Of a stretch of DNA of 64,000 nt, positions 48,357 through 61,925 are shown one piece after another. The notes beneath the pieces are model-generated. The model had not been told where the DNA came from. It was given only the letters and a program-made list of their open reading frames with translations, and did not search any database. The stretch lies in assembly GCF_902713615.1 (NCBI RefSeq), contig NC_052146.1:183571469-183635468 (forward strand), given 5' to 3'. How positions within the stretch are numbered: position 1 is the first letter of the stretch; each line of letters starts with the position of its first letter. The stretch is from Scyliorhinus canicula (Eukaryota). A program made the translations under genes and the position numbers.

Positions 48357-50589
48357 CTGAAAGATTAAATGAATAGTTGGAAATTAGATTGCCGTTCCAG
48401 GATTTATTCCCTCGTTACTTAAACTTATCATGTCACGTCTTCTCCAACAAGAGTGGTTTAAACCTGGAAGAAACACTCTCCAATGACGACTGAGAATAGA
48501 AGTACAATTTTAATCCATTGGAGAAAATTGATGCATATGTTTGAAATATTCAGTGAATCAAGAAAACAGAATCCAGGGATTCTGGTGGGTGAATTGAGAA
48601 CTGAGGGCAGAAGACGCACATTCCCAAGACGGAACAGGACAGGGGTGGAGGTAATCATTTCCAGATGATAGGTGAGTATCGTCAGGGGGTGCAGTTTTGT
48701 GGCAGGAGGGGCTGAACATTGTCAGGGAGGCATCCAGCTGAATTGTTTTGACATTCCAGCTGATTAACTTAGAGCTGTGATGCTGAACAGGTTTTACACC
48801 TGCCAGGAAAAGTTCTAAATAAACCCATGTAAAGACCGGGTTAAGGATAGGACAAACAGTATAGGACAAACAGCCCAAGTCTGTCTGGTTATTACTATTT
48901 TATCACAGTCATCGGGAATTGTGCAGCAATCGAACAAGGTAAAAACAGCAATTGGGAGTTTAAAATTCCCATGCGAGTACGGGCGAATCGTGGGTGGTTC
49001 TACATCCCCGACAGCGGCGCCGGTCCCAGAGCATTTCAGGACATGCTAATGGGCCTGCACCAGTGCCATATGGAACAATGCGATTCTAATTGATGCTGGC
49101 GTTGCAATCGGCCCTGGGGGCCTGACAAGCTGGAGCTGCATATAAGCACTGCACTCCCCACACACTCTCATTACAGCTAAGAAGATGCCAACCGGTGGCA
49201 GCTATGGAGTGGTTGCGTACAGGGCAGCTCCTGCTTAAAGGTGTTGGTTTTGGCCCCTTTTACCCAAACTTTGGAAAAGTTGTGCAGAGTGGAGGAGGAT
49301 AGGTTCTCTCCCGGATGGTCATGTCTGTGGGTTCCCAAACTCGACAGAAGACAGTGAGAACCCTGGCCAAAGAGTTGGAGGAAACTTGGGGCGCAGCATT
49401 ATTTAGAAAAGAAGCGGATGGGAAAGGGTCGTCGTCAACTGGAAAGCTGCAAATGGAGCAGTTGATGAGCTTCATTCAGAACGAATTTTGGCAGCAGCAT
49501 AAGGAAATGCAGAACAACTGGTCTAAGACGATTGAGGGGGCAGTGGCACCTCTTCATGGGACCTTGGATTGGATTAAGGAGAAGAGCCTCATGGTGCAGG
49601 GGGCGACAATCCAGAAAGTAAGGAAGGTGGTGGCAGACCAGAGTGATTGGATTGTGTAGTTGGAGGTGGAGATGGTGATCCTGGGGGACCTGTGTAAGAC
49701 ACTGCAAGCAAAGGTGGCGGACCAAGAAAATTGGTCCAGGCCGCAAAATCTGTGTATTGTGGGCATTCCGGAGGGAATTGCAGGGATGCTCGCCATGTTG
49801 GTGGAAGAGAAGGTGCTGGACAAGGCTCCAGAGGTGAATCGGGCCTATGGGTCCCTGTGGCAGAGGCCAAGAACGGGGGAGCCGCCACAGGCAGTGAATG
49901 TGCTATACACAAGTTCCAGGACAAAGTAAAGATTCTGAGGTGGGCCAGGGTCTGGTGAACTGTGAGTGGAAAGGAAATTGAATCTGGATCTATCAGGACA
50001 TTGGAGTGGAGCTTGCCCAGGCGGGCAAGGCTACAGCAGTGCTGTATTGGTGCCAGATTCCGTTTGTGATGTTGTACCCGGTTAGACTTTGGCTACCCAG
50101 TTTTGCTGACTGGGAAATGTTGGAAGGGGGTGATTGGTTGTCAATCTGTTGCATCTTTTGCATTTTTTGTGTTGTTGGCCCATTTGTTATCTCTTGTGTT
50201 TTGGTATTTTGCACTGATTGCTGCTTGTTTTGGAGGGGGTCCTTCAGTGTTGGGGTTATAGTGTTTAGTTTTAATGCACTCTGTTGATTGTGCTCAGTGC
50301 AGGGTATGAGGGGCTGAGCTGGATTGGGGTGGGGTGGTTAGAGAATACTCTGTCGGGGGCCATGTTGGGATGAGGTTTGGAGAGGAGTAGGGGGGATGCA
50401 GGTGGGATGGGTAGAGGAGGGGGGCCTTCGGGTGATAGTCAATGGAAATTAAGTGGGGGGGCCACGGTGTTTAGCTAGGGAGGGTTCGGAGAGGAGTGGC
50501 TGGTGGGGAGGTGATGTGGCGGTAAAGGAGGATGAATTTGGTCATGGAAGGGGCGGTGGGTCATCTTGGGTGGGCCCGATTTTTTTTTC

Positions 50590-50931
50590 ATGGAATTTAC
50601 AGTGCAGAAGGCCATTCGGCCCATCGAGTCTGCACCGGCTCTTGGAAAGAGTACCCTGCCCAAGGTCAACACCTCCACCCTACCCCCATAACCCAGTAAC
50701 CCCACCCAACACTAAGGGCAATTTTGGACACTAAGGGCAATTTATCATGGCCAATCAACCTAACCTGCTCATCTTTGGACTGTGGGAGGAAACCGGAGCA
50801 CCCGGAGGAAACCCACAAAGACACGGGGAGAACGTGCAGACTCCACACAGACAGTGACCCAAGCCGGAATCGAACCTGGGACCCTGGAACTGTGAAGCAA
50901 TTGTGCTATCCACAATGCTACCGTGCTGCCC
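50590..50931 (-). mobile_element. V-SINE (HE1-like)
   Basis: Head with GGTTCGATTCC, V-domain, tail CTGCACTGTAAATTC. Confidence 0.85.
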
Positions 50932-51395
50932 TTGGCCCTAGATTGGGGGTGGGGAAGCGGAGCCTAAGGGTGAAGATAGAGGACTCTAAGGGGAGGGGAG
51001 ACAGAAGCATCCGGTGAGAATCGTGACATGGAATGTCTGTGGGCTAAATGGAACGGTTAAGTGGTCCCGGGTGTTCGCGCATTTGAAGAGTTTGAGAGCA
51101 GAGGTGATTTTCTTGGAGGAGACACAACTCCGGGTGAAAGATCAGATGAGGTTGAGGAAGGGGTGGGTGGAGAAAGTGTTCCATTCGCGGTTTGACTCGA
51201 AGTCATGGGGGGTTGCCATATTGTTGAGCAAGGGGGTGCTAGGGAAGTGAGGGACTGGAGGCGAGAGGTTTGTGATAGTGAGTGGGGACACCAGTGGTGT
51301 TGCTGAATGTGTACGCGCCTAATTGGGTCGATACCAGATTCATGAACAGGCTATTTGGGGCGATCCCGCACTTGGACTCTCACCAGCTGATTATG

Positions 51396-51428
<33 letters not shown>

Positions 51429-51826
51429 GTTTCCAATTGTGTATTGGATACGAGTAGGATAGGTCGAGCCCCAAGTCGATGGGGTGGTCGATAATGGTGA
51501 GAGAGCTGGGTGGATTTATGAAGAGGATGGGGATCGTGGATCCGTGAAAGTCGGACACCTGGGGGTGAGGGAGTATTCCTTCTTCTCGCATGTGTGTAGG
51601 GTTTATTCCAGTATTGACTTTTTTGTGGTGCCCCGGGCGGTGTTGATGGAGGTCAAGGGTGCAGAGTAAGCGGGGAAGAATGATTTTGCACCATGCTCCC
51701 GCACTTTCTAGATGTGAGACTTGGTTCGGGTCAGGCGCAAAGGCCAGGGTAGAGGTTAGATTTGGGCTCTTGGCCAAGAGGGTGTTCTGTGGGCAGGTGA
51801 TGGTGGCGATTAAGAATTATGTTGAG

Positions 51827-52294
51827 TCCAAACATAGCAATATCTGGAGTGTCGGAAGATCCAGGAGCCTGGGGGGGGGGGGGGGAGAGTAGCCGACATT
51901 TTGGCCTTTGCCTCCCTTGTGGCCCGGAGATGGATTTTGTTGGGATGGCGGGACTCGAGTCTCCAAAGTCGGGGGTTTGGGTCAGTGACATGGCAGGGTT
52001 TCTTAAGCTACAGAAAATTAAGTTCACTTTAAGGGGTTCAGTACAGGGGTTCGCTCGGAGGTGGCAGCCGTTCATTGACTTCTTCAAGGGAAATTGACCG
52101 TCAGTTGGGGGGGTGGGGGGCAGGAAGCATGGAAGGGACGGATAAGGGCAGGGAATCTAATGTATGGGTAGTTAAGGTTTAGGGATGGAGGGAGTTGGTT
52201 GTGTTATTGCGGCGTTCTTGAGTGTGTTGGATATCGCTCTTTAAAACGTTAAAAATGTTATTATAAATGCGTCAGTAAAATATTTTCCAAAAAA
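51827..52294 (+). mobile_element. 5'-truncated L1 3' fragment nested in L1
   Basis: 15-bp TSD AAGAATTATGTTGAG at 51812-51826 and 52295-52309. Confidence 0.8.
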
Positions 52295-54130
52295 AAGAAT
52301 TATGTTGAGCTCAGACTGGAGAGGTATCGGTAGCCACGTTTTGGGAGGCCCTGAAGGCAATAATTCGGGGGTGGAAATTATTTGGTTCAAGGCCCATAAG
52401 AGTAGGATGAGGATGGAGGAGCATCGCCGACTGTTGGATGAGGTAGTAGAGGTGGATAGGAGATATTCTGTGGCCCCCACGAAGGAGTTGTTGGCTGAAA
52501 GGAAGAAGCTGAAGGGGCAGTTTGACGACAGGTAGAGCGATGAGTCAGCTAGGTGGGTGAGGGGTGCAGTATGAGTATGGGCAGAAGGTGAGTCGCGTGC
52601 TGGCCCACCAGCTGCAGTGGCAGGCAGCGTCGAGGGAAATTCTTCACGTGAGGGCACAAAGGTGGGATGGAGTGCATTGACATGATGCAGTCGGGTAAAG
52701 AGCTGGGGCCAGGTGGCTTCCCGGCGGAATTTTATAAGTAATTCGCGACGGAGCTGGCCCCCCATCTTTTGGGCCTGTAAAGTGAAGTGGTGGAAAAGGG
52801 GGAGTTTCTGGATACGTTTGCGTAGGCATCGATTTCACCGATTCCAAAAAAGGGTCAGGATCCATTGGAGTGCGGGTCCCATAGACCTATCTCGCTGCTG
52901 AAAGTCCTGGCAAAGATATTAGAGAGAAGGTTAGAGGGGTGTATGCTGGAGGTGGTTTCAGAGGACTAAATGGGCTTTGCGAAGGGGAAGTTATATTAAG
53001 AGGTTGCTGATTGTAATTATGACCCCGTCAGGAGGGCAAGTGCCAAAGGTGATCGTGCCGATGGACGTGGAGATTGGGTACAGTGCAGGTACCTGTTTGA
53101 GATTTTGGGGAGGTTTGGGTTTGGGCCGAGGTTTCTGGCGTGGGTCTGGTTGTTATATGTGCCCCCATGCAAGTGTGTGAACAAATGAGACGAACTTCAG
53201 GTATTCTGGGTTGCATAAGGGCATGGGTTAGGGGTGCCTGCCGTTGTTTGTGTTAGCGATTGAGCCCTTGGCAAGGACACTTCAGGCCTCAATTGAGTGG
53301 CAGGGGATTGAGAGGATGGACAGGGAACACCGGGGAATCTTGTACGCTGATGACCTGTTATTGTTCATATCAGACCCGTTGGAAAGTATGGGCAGACTCA
53401 TGAGCTTACTGGAGAGGTTTGGGGGTTTTTTTCGGGTTATAAATTGAATGTAGAGATAAGTGAGGTGTTTCCGGTGAATACGGTGCCCCCCGGCTAGAGG
53501 GGGGGGGACACACGACGACTCCTGATGGCTCTGCCATTTAAGGTGGCGAGGTAGCAGTTTTGCTACCTGGTGCTCCAGGTAATGCATGAGTGGGCTACAA
53601 TGCATAGGTGGAACCTGATGGGGTAGGTGAAGGAGATCAAAGGGGATCTTAAAAGGTGGCAGGGAGGGTGCAGGTGGTGAAGATGAACATGCTGCCAAGA
53701 TTGCTGTTTCTGTTTTAGTCCCTCCCGATACCCCTCCCCCCCAGGCCTTTTTCTGGAGGGTGGATGCACTGGTATCAGAATTTGTGTGAGCTGGGAAGAT
53801 GCCGAGAGTGAAGAGGGCTTTGTTGCAACGGCAGAGTCGGGAAGTGGGGTTGGCTCTTCCGAACCTGTTACATTACTTTTGGGCAGTGATGCGGAATAAG
53901 ACGATGATGGGAGGGGGTGGACAGGGTCAGGTTGGAGGAGGGGTCTTTTAAGATGCCTCTCGCTCCGAGGAAGCATACGGTGAGTCCAGTGGTGGAGTCG
54001 ACTATAAAAATCTGGAAGCAGCTGAGGAGGTACTTTAAACTGGGTCACATGTTGGTGTTGACGCCAATGTGAGGGAATCACACTGGCTCAAGCTGGAGGG
54101 GATGGATGGGATGTATAGGCGTGGACTTAG

Positions 54131-54440
54131 GGGTGGCACGGTAGCACAGTGGCTAGCACTGTTGCTTCACAGCACCAGGAATCCGGGTTTGATTCCCGGA
54201 TTGGGTCACTGTCTGTGCAGAATCTGCACTTTCTCCCTGTGTCTGTGTGGGTTTCCTCCGGGTGCTCCAGTTTCCTCCCCCAAGCCCCGAAAGATGTGCT
54301 GTGAGGTGAATTGGACATTCTGAATTCTTTCCCCGTGTACCCGAACAGGCGCCGGAATGTGGCGAATACGGGTTTTCACAGTAACTTCATTGCAGTGTTC
54401 ATGTGAGCTTACTTGTGACAATAAAGATTATTATTATTAT
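54131..54440 (+). mobile_element. V-SINE with an alternative 3' tail ending (TTA)n
   Basis: GGTGGCACGGTAGCACAGTGG head, V-domain, tail shared with 8652-8758. Confidence 0.8.
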
Positions 54441-55329
54441 GATGGCGGGAGATGGGGTTGGGGCAGCTCGGAGGAGAACTTTGCTGGGCTAGAGGAGCGG
54501 GAGAGGTTTGAGTTTAGGTATTGGCAGGTGCGGGACTTTGCGCATAAGAAGCTGTCTTCGTTCCCTCAGGTACCGGAGTATACACTTCTCAAGAAACTGC
54601 TGCTCCCGGATTAGGTGGGAGATAGCAAGATTAGGGATATATATGGATGGCTGGGAGAGCAGGGCAGGACAGTACCGAAAAGGATCAAGCGGAAGTGGGA
54701 GGAGTTGGGAGGGAGATATAATGGAAACTTTGGTGTGAGGTAATGCGGCGAGTGAACTCAACCTACTCCTGCACAAGAATGAGTTTGATATAATTTATGG
54801 TGGTGCACGGGGTCCACATGACTCGGGCTCGGATGAGTGGTTTTTTTTCCTGGGGACAGCAGACGGGAGCAAGAAGTGTGGGAGGGAGGCTGGCAAATCA
54901 TGCTCATATGTTCTGGGGTGTGAGGAGTTGGAGTCCTTTTGGGAGACGAAGTTCGGAACACAATCAAGGATTGTACGGGTTGAGGTGAAGTAGGACCATA
55001 TGTGCCAGAGCTGCTGGAGGGGAAGGGGGCGATGTCGTGGCCTTTGCCTTTCTGATTACTCAGCTTTTGTATTGGAGGTCGGCTACGCCATCAGGGGTTG
55101 CGGCATGTCTGGGGGATCTGTACAAATTTCTCAGGTTGGAGAAGATCAAATTAGCTTTATGGGGGCTTTGAGGTATGGTGGAGGCCTTTCATGGCTATAT
55201 TTGAGGACCTGTTTGTCGTTGGTGGAGGGGGAATTAAAAGGGGAAAAATGTACAAACTACATTTTGATTGGATGTTAAGCTAGTGTTAATTTGTTGAATG
55301 TGTTTGAAATTAAATATCCTGTGCATAAT

Positions 55330-57200
55330 ATGTCCGCCCTAGAAAAGGCAGCCCTCAACCGCAGGGGCAGAGAGAAAACCGGAGAGGGCCCACCGCACCT
55401 GTGGTCCCTCACCCTAGCAGAGTCCTGGGCGTTGGACCTAGTCGGTGGGGTTGTCATCAGAGACGCAAGTGAGCCCCCGACGATCCGGTCTTGCAGGATC
55501 ACCTGGCGGCGAGGCGAATCCCCCCCGCCACCGCAACCCGGAGACATAATGAGTTGATGAGGCAGGACCTGTTGGTGACCCTCGCTCGCCACTGCAACCT
55601 CGCTCCCCACTCCTTCAGCATATCGCCCCTCTGCTTCACAATGTTGTGGAGGACGCAGCAGGCCATCACAATGACCACGCCGATGCACTGTTCGATCACG
55701 CTGCTGGTCGCAGCATGAGCATCGTTGTAGCGGTTCTCCACGTTGGTGTGGCCTCCTGATAGGCGAGATCAGCCACGACCGCAGCAGACAGCAGATAACC
55801 CCTGTCGTCCGGAAGCCAACCACTCACCCGGGGGAGCATTTTGAACGTGTTGGGCACCATCGAGTGCACCTGTGCACGGAGGTCTGGGAGATCTTGGAAG
55901 GACCCTGTTGCAACGAGGTTTAGGGTTCGTCATTCTCAGTCATTCCCCCTGACACTTTTCCCTCCACACCGCACCCCTGGCGCCGGTGCCTGGTACGGAA
56001 GGAGGGGGGGGGGGGCGCGGTTCTGGTGGCTGACACCACCCGTGCCAGAGGTACGCTCTGTGGACCTTGTCCTCCACCGTCCTGTGGGGTCCACTGTGGG
56101 TGTCCTTCTTGGCCGAGCCATGTGATACCCCGCCAGCAAGCACTAGGTTGTTGGGGGAGCGGTAGGGTGGGTGCAGTGCACCAAACGGCCTCATGCTTGG
56201 TGGCATGTGTGCGGGCAGGGCTCGGCCAAGGAGATGGGCACCTGTTGGGACCACAGCTGAGGTGTCTGTGGGTCCTTTATGCAGCTCACCGGTTGTGTCT
56301 ACTCCCTGAGGGCAGGGACGCAGTGGGCAGGCAGGGCTTGGTGACAGCTGGCAGTCCTGTAGGGTAGGCTAACTGAGGGTGTCACTGGCAGGACATCTGC
56401 TCTGCGAGAGGCAGCTGTGTCAAGGAGGGTGCTGATGCCCACGGTACATATGTCTGCCGATCCAGGCCTGTTCCATGGCTTCCCGCTGCCCCTGCAGTGG
56501 GGCAACGCCTCGGATGGGCGCACTGGGGAGTGCCAACACCTGATGGACCACTGGCTGCACTGGGCCACGCCAATCCCATTGATGGTCAGCTGGAGTCTGT
56601 GGGAAGGGGGGGGGGGGGGGGGGGGGGGGGGGGAGGGAGCCCCTATATGGCCGATGGCGCTCTGAACATCTATGGGTCACAGTGGGCATTCGGTGGGGTG
56701 CGCAGCCACAATGGGTGCCTTGCAAGTCGCGGCAATGCCGGTCAGTGCCTGGATACCCTGGTCGTCTACAGCCCATCTCATGGTCATCCCCCGCCAACAC
56801 TGGCAAGAGGCCCCCGGCCTTTGCATCTTTGGCAACATGGCAACTCTTCTCTCGCCTCCATTAGCCATGGCTCCTGTTTTCCGATTTTAAATACCATAAG
56901 TGAAGCACGCCATTGTCACTTCTGTCTGGTGGAGGCAGAGCATCACGGGAAACCAGAGGCTACCAGGTCGGGCCTGTTAATGATATGTGTTACTGTACAA
57001 TTTGCATGCCCATGCTGGCACATGGCACAAAATGCATTCACATCACTATCGAGGCACCAGTGCATGGCATTCTGTTGGGCAGCCGACGCCAAGCTCGATT
57101 TTTGACCGACGTGCAATTCTACACCCATTCACGATTCGCAATATGAGCATCGCTGGACGGAGAGTCCCACCCATAATGTTTCACAAAAAGTGAGTGAGAA
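55330..57200 (-). mobile_element. Rearranged Harbinger remnant (HARBI1-like transposase C-terminus on -)
   Basis: ENRYNDAHAAT..VIEQC, CCVLHNI. Confidence 0.6.
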
Positions 57201-57279
57201 TTACACACAGTAGTTCAAAATAATATGAGATTAACGGAAAAATTGCGATTTTCCATCAGCCACGCCAAAAATCAGGAAA

Positions 57280-59169
57280 GCGATTGGATGGAGAATCGGT
57301 CATACGGACAGAATTATGACTGGTGTCGGGCACCCAGGATGCCAAGCTCCGGTGCCTCAACAGTAGTGTCTATGCTTTCTACTCCGCCTGTACAGTAAAC
57401 GGCATCGCATATCATAAGCAGGCCTGACCTGGCGTTCTTTGTGACCTCTGCGATGCTCTGCCTGGAGGAATTACCAACGGCGAGTTTCACTTGTAGTTTC
57501 AGAAATCAGGAAACAGGCCGATGAAAGTGAGAGAGAGGAAGTAGGACATGCAGAGGCATGACCGTGGGCTGCTGGTCCTGCCACTGGCAGGGCTGTCTGG
57601 GAGAGGGCGGAGATGTCTGCCAGGCCCAGAGGGGGCAGTGGGGGGACCAGGGAATGGGCTGTGGGGTTCGAGTGACACCCCATAGGACCGGGGCGCCCAG
57701 GCACAGACTGCCATTGCCGTGGCCTGCAAGGCAGCCATCTTGCTGTGCACCCTACTGACCACCGTCTGTGGCCCATCGTTGTGCAGAGTGACACCAACCA
57801 TATGGGTGCCCCCAACCCACCACTCCAGCATTCCACTCCCCCTTCCCCCCAAACAGGCCACCATCCGCCGGTGGGGCAGCATGCGGCCCACCCAAGGAGT
57901 GTGGAGGGCAGAGTGCCAGGGGGAGCGATTGAGGGTGGTTTTGGGAGGAGAGGCTGCAGACCGGGGCCTGTTGAACCTGTTTAGGGATGCGGATGCGTAC
58001 CATACTTCGGAATCCAGCCAGGAATAGTGGTCTTCATCCTATGTGTCACAGCCCTGGCGGATGCACTGAGACTTTATGAGCTGGAACAGCGGAGCCTGTC
58101 CCAGAGGAACAGGAGCCAGCCGGTGAGGATGGAGAGCCGGCCGCCCAACAGGCCGAGGAGGAGGTGGGAAGGAGGCACCGCATGAGGCCTCGTGTGTCCC
58201 GGCAGCGCTTGTCATTCGAGGACTTCAGGACCGGGCTTGACATCACAGACACAGGCTGAGATGGGGGACAGTGCAACATATCTGCCAGATCATGGTGCAC
58301 CTGCACTGCGGGGGTATGGGGGAAGGACCCTGGTAGTGATGACTGTCAAGGCGACGGTTGCCCTGAACTATTACGACACAGGGTCCCTCCAGGTGCAGAG
58401 TGGGGACCTGTCTGGGATCTCACAGACCTCGATGCACAGGTGCATCCCGTCATCACGGAGACCCTATATGCCCGGTTGGCACAATATATCAAATTCAGTG
58501 CGGACCAAACCAACCAGGATACCTGGGCAGTGGGGTTCGCCACCATCGCAGAGATGCCCCGGTTCCAGGGAGTGATCAGTGGGATGTATATCGCCCTACA
58601 AGCACCAGCCCATGATCGGCCGATCTTCATAAACCTTAAGGGGTTCCACTCGATGAACGTGCAGCTGGTGTGTGACCATGAGATGCACATCATGCACATC
58701 TGCGCCCGATGCCAGGGCAGTGTAGCGCTAGGCGAGTCTCCCGCATCTTCGTGACCTGCTGCGTCCTCCACAACATCGCGCAGCAGAAGGGTGACAAGCT
58801 GGAGGAGGAGGATGAACATCAGATCTCATCCGATGAGGAGGATGCGGAGATGGGCAAGGATGGACAGGGCATGGGGCCCCCGTCCCCACACCTCCCACTC
58901 CCTGAAGTGCCCCTGCAGCCAGCCCAGCCCAACCCATCTGTCACACCCTTCTGACAGAGCTGCAAGGCAGGTTGAAAAGTTGTGAACAGGTGTTTATTGG
59001 GAAATGTTGATCATATGCATGCAGGTTTGTGCCCTAGCCTGTGATGCTATATTGTGTGCTGCACCCATGCCAGCCTAACTAGTGTCAACCTTGCTGGCCT
59101 TACGGACTGCTGTACGGGTTAGGTGGATTGGCCATGCTAAATTGCCCGTAGTGTCCTAAAAAGTAAGGT

Positions 59170-59201
<32 letters not shown>

Positions 59202-59800
59202 GTTGGGTTACGGGTATAGGGTGGATACGTGGGTTTGAGTAGGGTGATCATTGCTCGGCACAACATCGAGGGCCGAAGGGCCTGTTCTGTGCTGTACTGT
59301 TCTATGTCTAACGCTATGCTGAGGTGGCTCCCTAGGCATAGCGTTCAGGAATGGAAGAGGAGGCCTGCTACGATACGTGCCCTGTGACCTGGGTCCCCTT
59401 TGTGGGCCATCTTCTGGATCGATCGGGCCTGGATGGTCCACACTGCTATACAGTGTCCCATGCGGCGTGGTGCCGCCCTGGGTCTGCCTGTTGCCCATCA
59501 CATGCACCAGGGGAAGGAGGGGAGGGGGGGGATTTCCAGGCGCTGTGGTGTTCCGCCACCTCCCCTGCAGAAATCAATAGCACGGCCCCATCGCCTCCTC
59601 CTCCCTCAGTGTGCTGATGGCTCTCGGGCTCCTCCATGGGATGGGGGTACGAGTGGAGAGAACTCCAGAGGTTCCGCTGCCACCTGGCACTGCCAATCCT
59701 GGAGGCCCGCACCCATCTCAACCAGGGACTCAATGCTCACGGCCATGGAGCACAGGGAGTGGACCACCTCCCTCTGGAACCGTGCCACATCACCCTATGA
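57280..59800 (+). mobile_element. Harbinger element (HARBI1-like DDE remnant +, Myb-like remnant -), with a SINE 3' fragment at ~59114-59310
   Basis: VALNYYDTGS.Q..SGDLSGISQ, PRFQGVI, FINLKGFHSMNVQLVCDH, CCVLHNI. Confidence 0.7.
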
Positions 59801-59859
59801 CTGTGCCACCACCTTATGGATCTGTGCACATGTGCACATCAGCCAATTTTGCACACCAA

Positions 59860-60660
59860 CATCTTATGTTGGCTTTGTCAAAAGCTTTCTGAAAATCCAA
59901 ATACATCACAACCACTGGCTCACCCTGATCTATTCCACTAGTTACATCCTTGAAAAAACTCCCAAGAGATATGTCAAACATGATTTCCCTTCCATAAATC
60001 CATGTTGACTTGGTCCAATCGATTGATAGTTTCTAAGTGCCCCGTGTTCACATCCTTTTATCATATTTCCCAACTACAGATATTAGGCTAACCGATCTAT
60101 AATTCAGTTGTCTCCTTTCCTTTTTTTAAAAAATATATAGCAGGGTTACATATGCTTCATTTGCCACCCTTCAATTTGCTGTACTGTTCCAGAAGAAAGG
60201 TGACAAACAATGCATCCATTATTTCCATGGCCAACTCCTTGTACCCTTGAATGTAGATTATCAGGCTCTGAGGATTTATCGGCTTTCAGTGCCATTGATT
60301 TGTCCAACAGTATTCTTTTAATAATTAAAATCTCCTTCAAATCCTTGGCTCAGTATCATTTCTGGGAAATAAAGTAGTTGTTTAATTGTTCTGCCATTTC
60401 CTTATTCTCCATTATAAATTCTCCCATTTCAGACTGTAAGGGAACAACATTTTTCTTTTTACATAATTATAGAAGCTTTTACAGTCCGCTTTTATGTTAC
60501 TTACAAGATTACTCATGCTCTATTTTTCCCTTCTTAAGATATCTCTTGGTCTTTGCTGAATTCTGAACTGCTCCTAATCCTCAGGCTTAATACTCCTCCT
60601 AGCAACTTTACAGGATTCCTCTTCATTATAATACTTTCCACAATTTATTTAGTTAGCCAT
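59860..60660 (-). mobile_element. Ancient CR1 RT remnant
   Basis: DKSSEPDNLHSR and degenerate QHGF.EGKSCL, DFQKAFDK on -. Confidence 0.65.
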
Positions 60661-60789
60661 GCGTGGTGGGGCCACATTGCTTGTTGTGGTTTTGTATCAG
60701 AAAGAATGTATAACTTTTGCAATGCAACACTTAATAAAACAGCTAAGGAATCTGCTCCCCTCCTGAACCAATATGTGGGCCAGAAATAA

Positions 60790-61082
60790 TTGATTCACAG
60801 AATCGCTAAGTGCAGAAAGAGGCCGTTCAGCCCATTAGGTCTGCATTGACCCTTCGAAAGACCACCCTACCTGGACCCAATCCCCCTCCCTGTTACTCCA
60901 GCCTAAGGGGAAATTTAGCATGGCCAATCCATTTAACCTGCACATCTTTGGTTGTGAGAGGAAACCTTCGCAGACTTGGGAAGAATGTGCAAATTCCACA
61001 CAGTCACCCAAGATCGAAATCGAACCTGGATCGCTGGCGCTGTGGGGCAGCAGTGATAACCACTGTGACACCGTATCGCCCA
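60790..61082 (-). mobile_element. V-SINE (older copy)
   Basis: tRNA head GGTTCGATTTCG, core and tail on -. Confidence 0.75.
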
Positions 61083-61146
61083 TTAGATCCTAAAGTCCAG
61101 AAATTCTGTGCTCCATTAATTGTAAAAACAAAATGTAAAGTTTTAC

Positions 61147-61254
61147 CTGCGGAGTTGCTGCAAAATCACAGGTTTCCAGATCTTGAACCTCGCTCTTCTT
61201 ACATTGTGTTCTCCCCAGTTCAACCTCAAGATAGTACTTCATCCCAGCAACAAC
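61147..61254 (-). CDS. Cystatin gene 2, exon 2 (exon 1 outside the window)
   Basis: TTTCAG|VVAGMKYYLEVELGRTQCKKSEVQDLETCDFAATPQ|GTAAAA; 108 nt, same phase as gene 1. Confidence 0.92.
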
Positions 61255-61431
61255 CTGAAAGGAAGAAAACATGTTACAAAAAATCAAGCCCAAACAGGTG
61301 AAAACCATGAGGCATCAGCCCTAATGTCAGAATAATTTTCTGCAAAGGTTAATTCCACTCCTTACAATTCATTTCTGCATAAAATGTAATCCCTCGTAAT
61401 CTGAATTAAGCACGGGCACATGGCCAAGAAC

Positions 61432-61651
61432 TTTTTTTTAAAATTTAGAGCATCCATAATTTTTTCCAATTAAGGGGCAATTTATCATGGCCAATCCACC
61501 TACCCTCACATCTTTGGGTTGGGGGGGCGAAACCCACGCAGACATGGGGAGAATGTGCAAACTCCACATGGACAGTGACCCAGAGCCTGGATCAAACCTG
61601 GGACCTCTGTGCCATGAGGCAGCAATGCTAACCACTGCGCTACGTGCTGCC
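61432..61651 (-). mobile_element. Short V-SINE variant with A-tail
   Basis: Head and V-domain, then AATTATGGATGCTCTAAATTTTAAAAAAAA; TSD CCAAGAA. Confidence 0.75.
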
Positions 61652-61925
61652 CAAGAATTTCTGTCAGAAATGTTAATTTTCACAATTTCAATTAAATAAC
61701 TTAATCCTTCAACTGTTTTTACCATTCACAAATTATATTTTGGCTTGCCATTCACAATGTAACTCAATTTCCAGGCAATCCCACTGACTGACTTTGAAAG
61801 TGAAATTTAAACGCTGTCAGTACAATTTAGTCAGTGATTTAACAAAAGTTTGTGGTACAGTTTTCACTGGCAAATCAAAGTGTTATTTGTGACCATTGGG
61901 AAATGTCCATCAGTTCAAAGTTATT

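Larger units (their letters stand above)
49200..55330 (+). mobile_element. Old near-full-length L1/Tx1 in intron 2 of cystatin gene 2
   Basis: ORF1 remnant (DQENWSRPQNLCIVGIPEG), EN (IVTWNVCGLN), RT (LYADDL), C-terminal HAHMFW. Confidence 0.78.
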
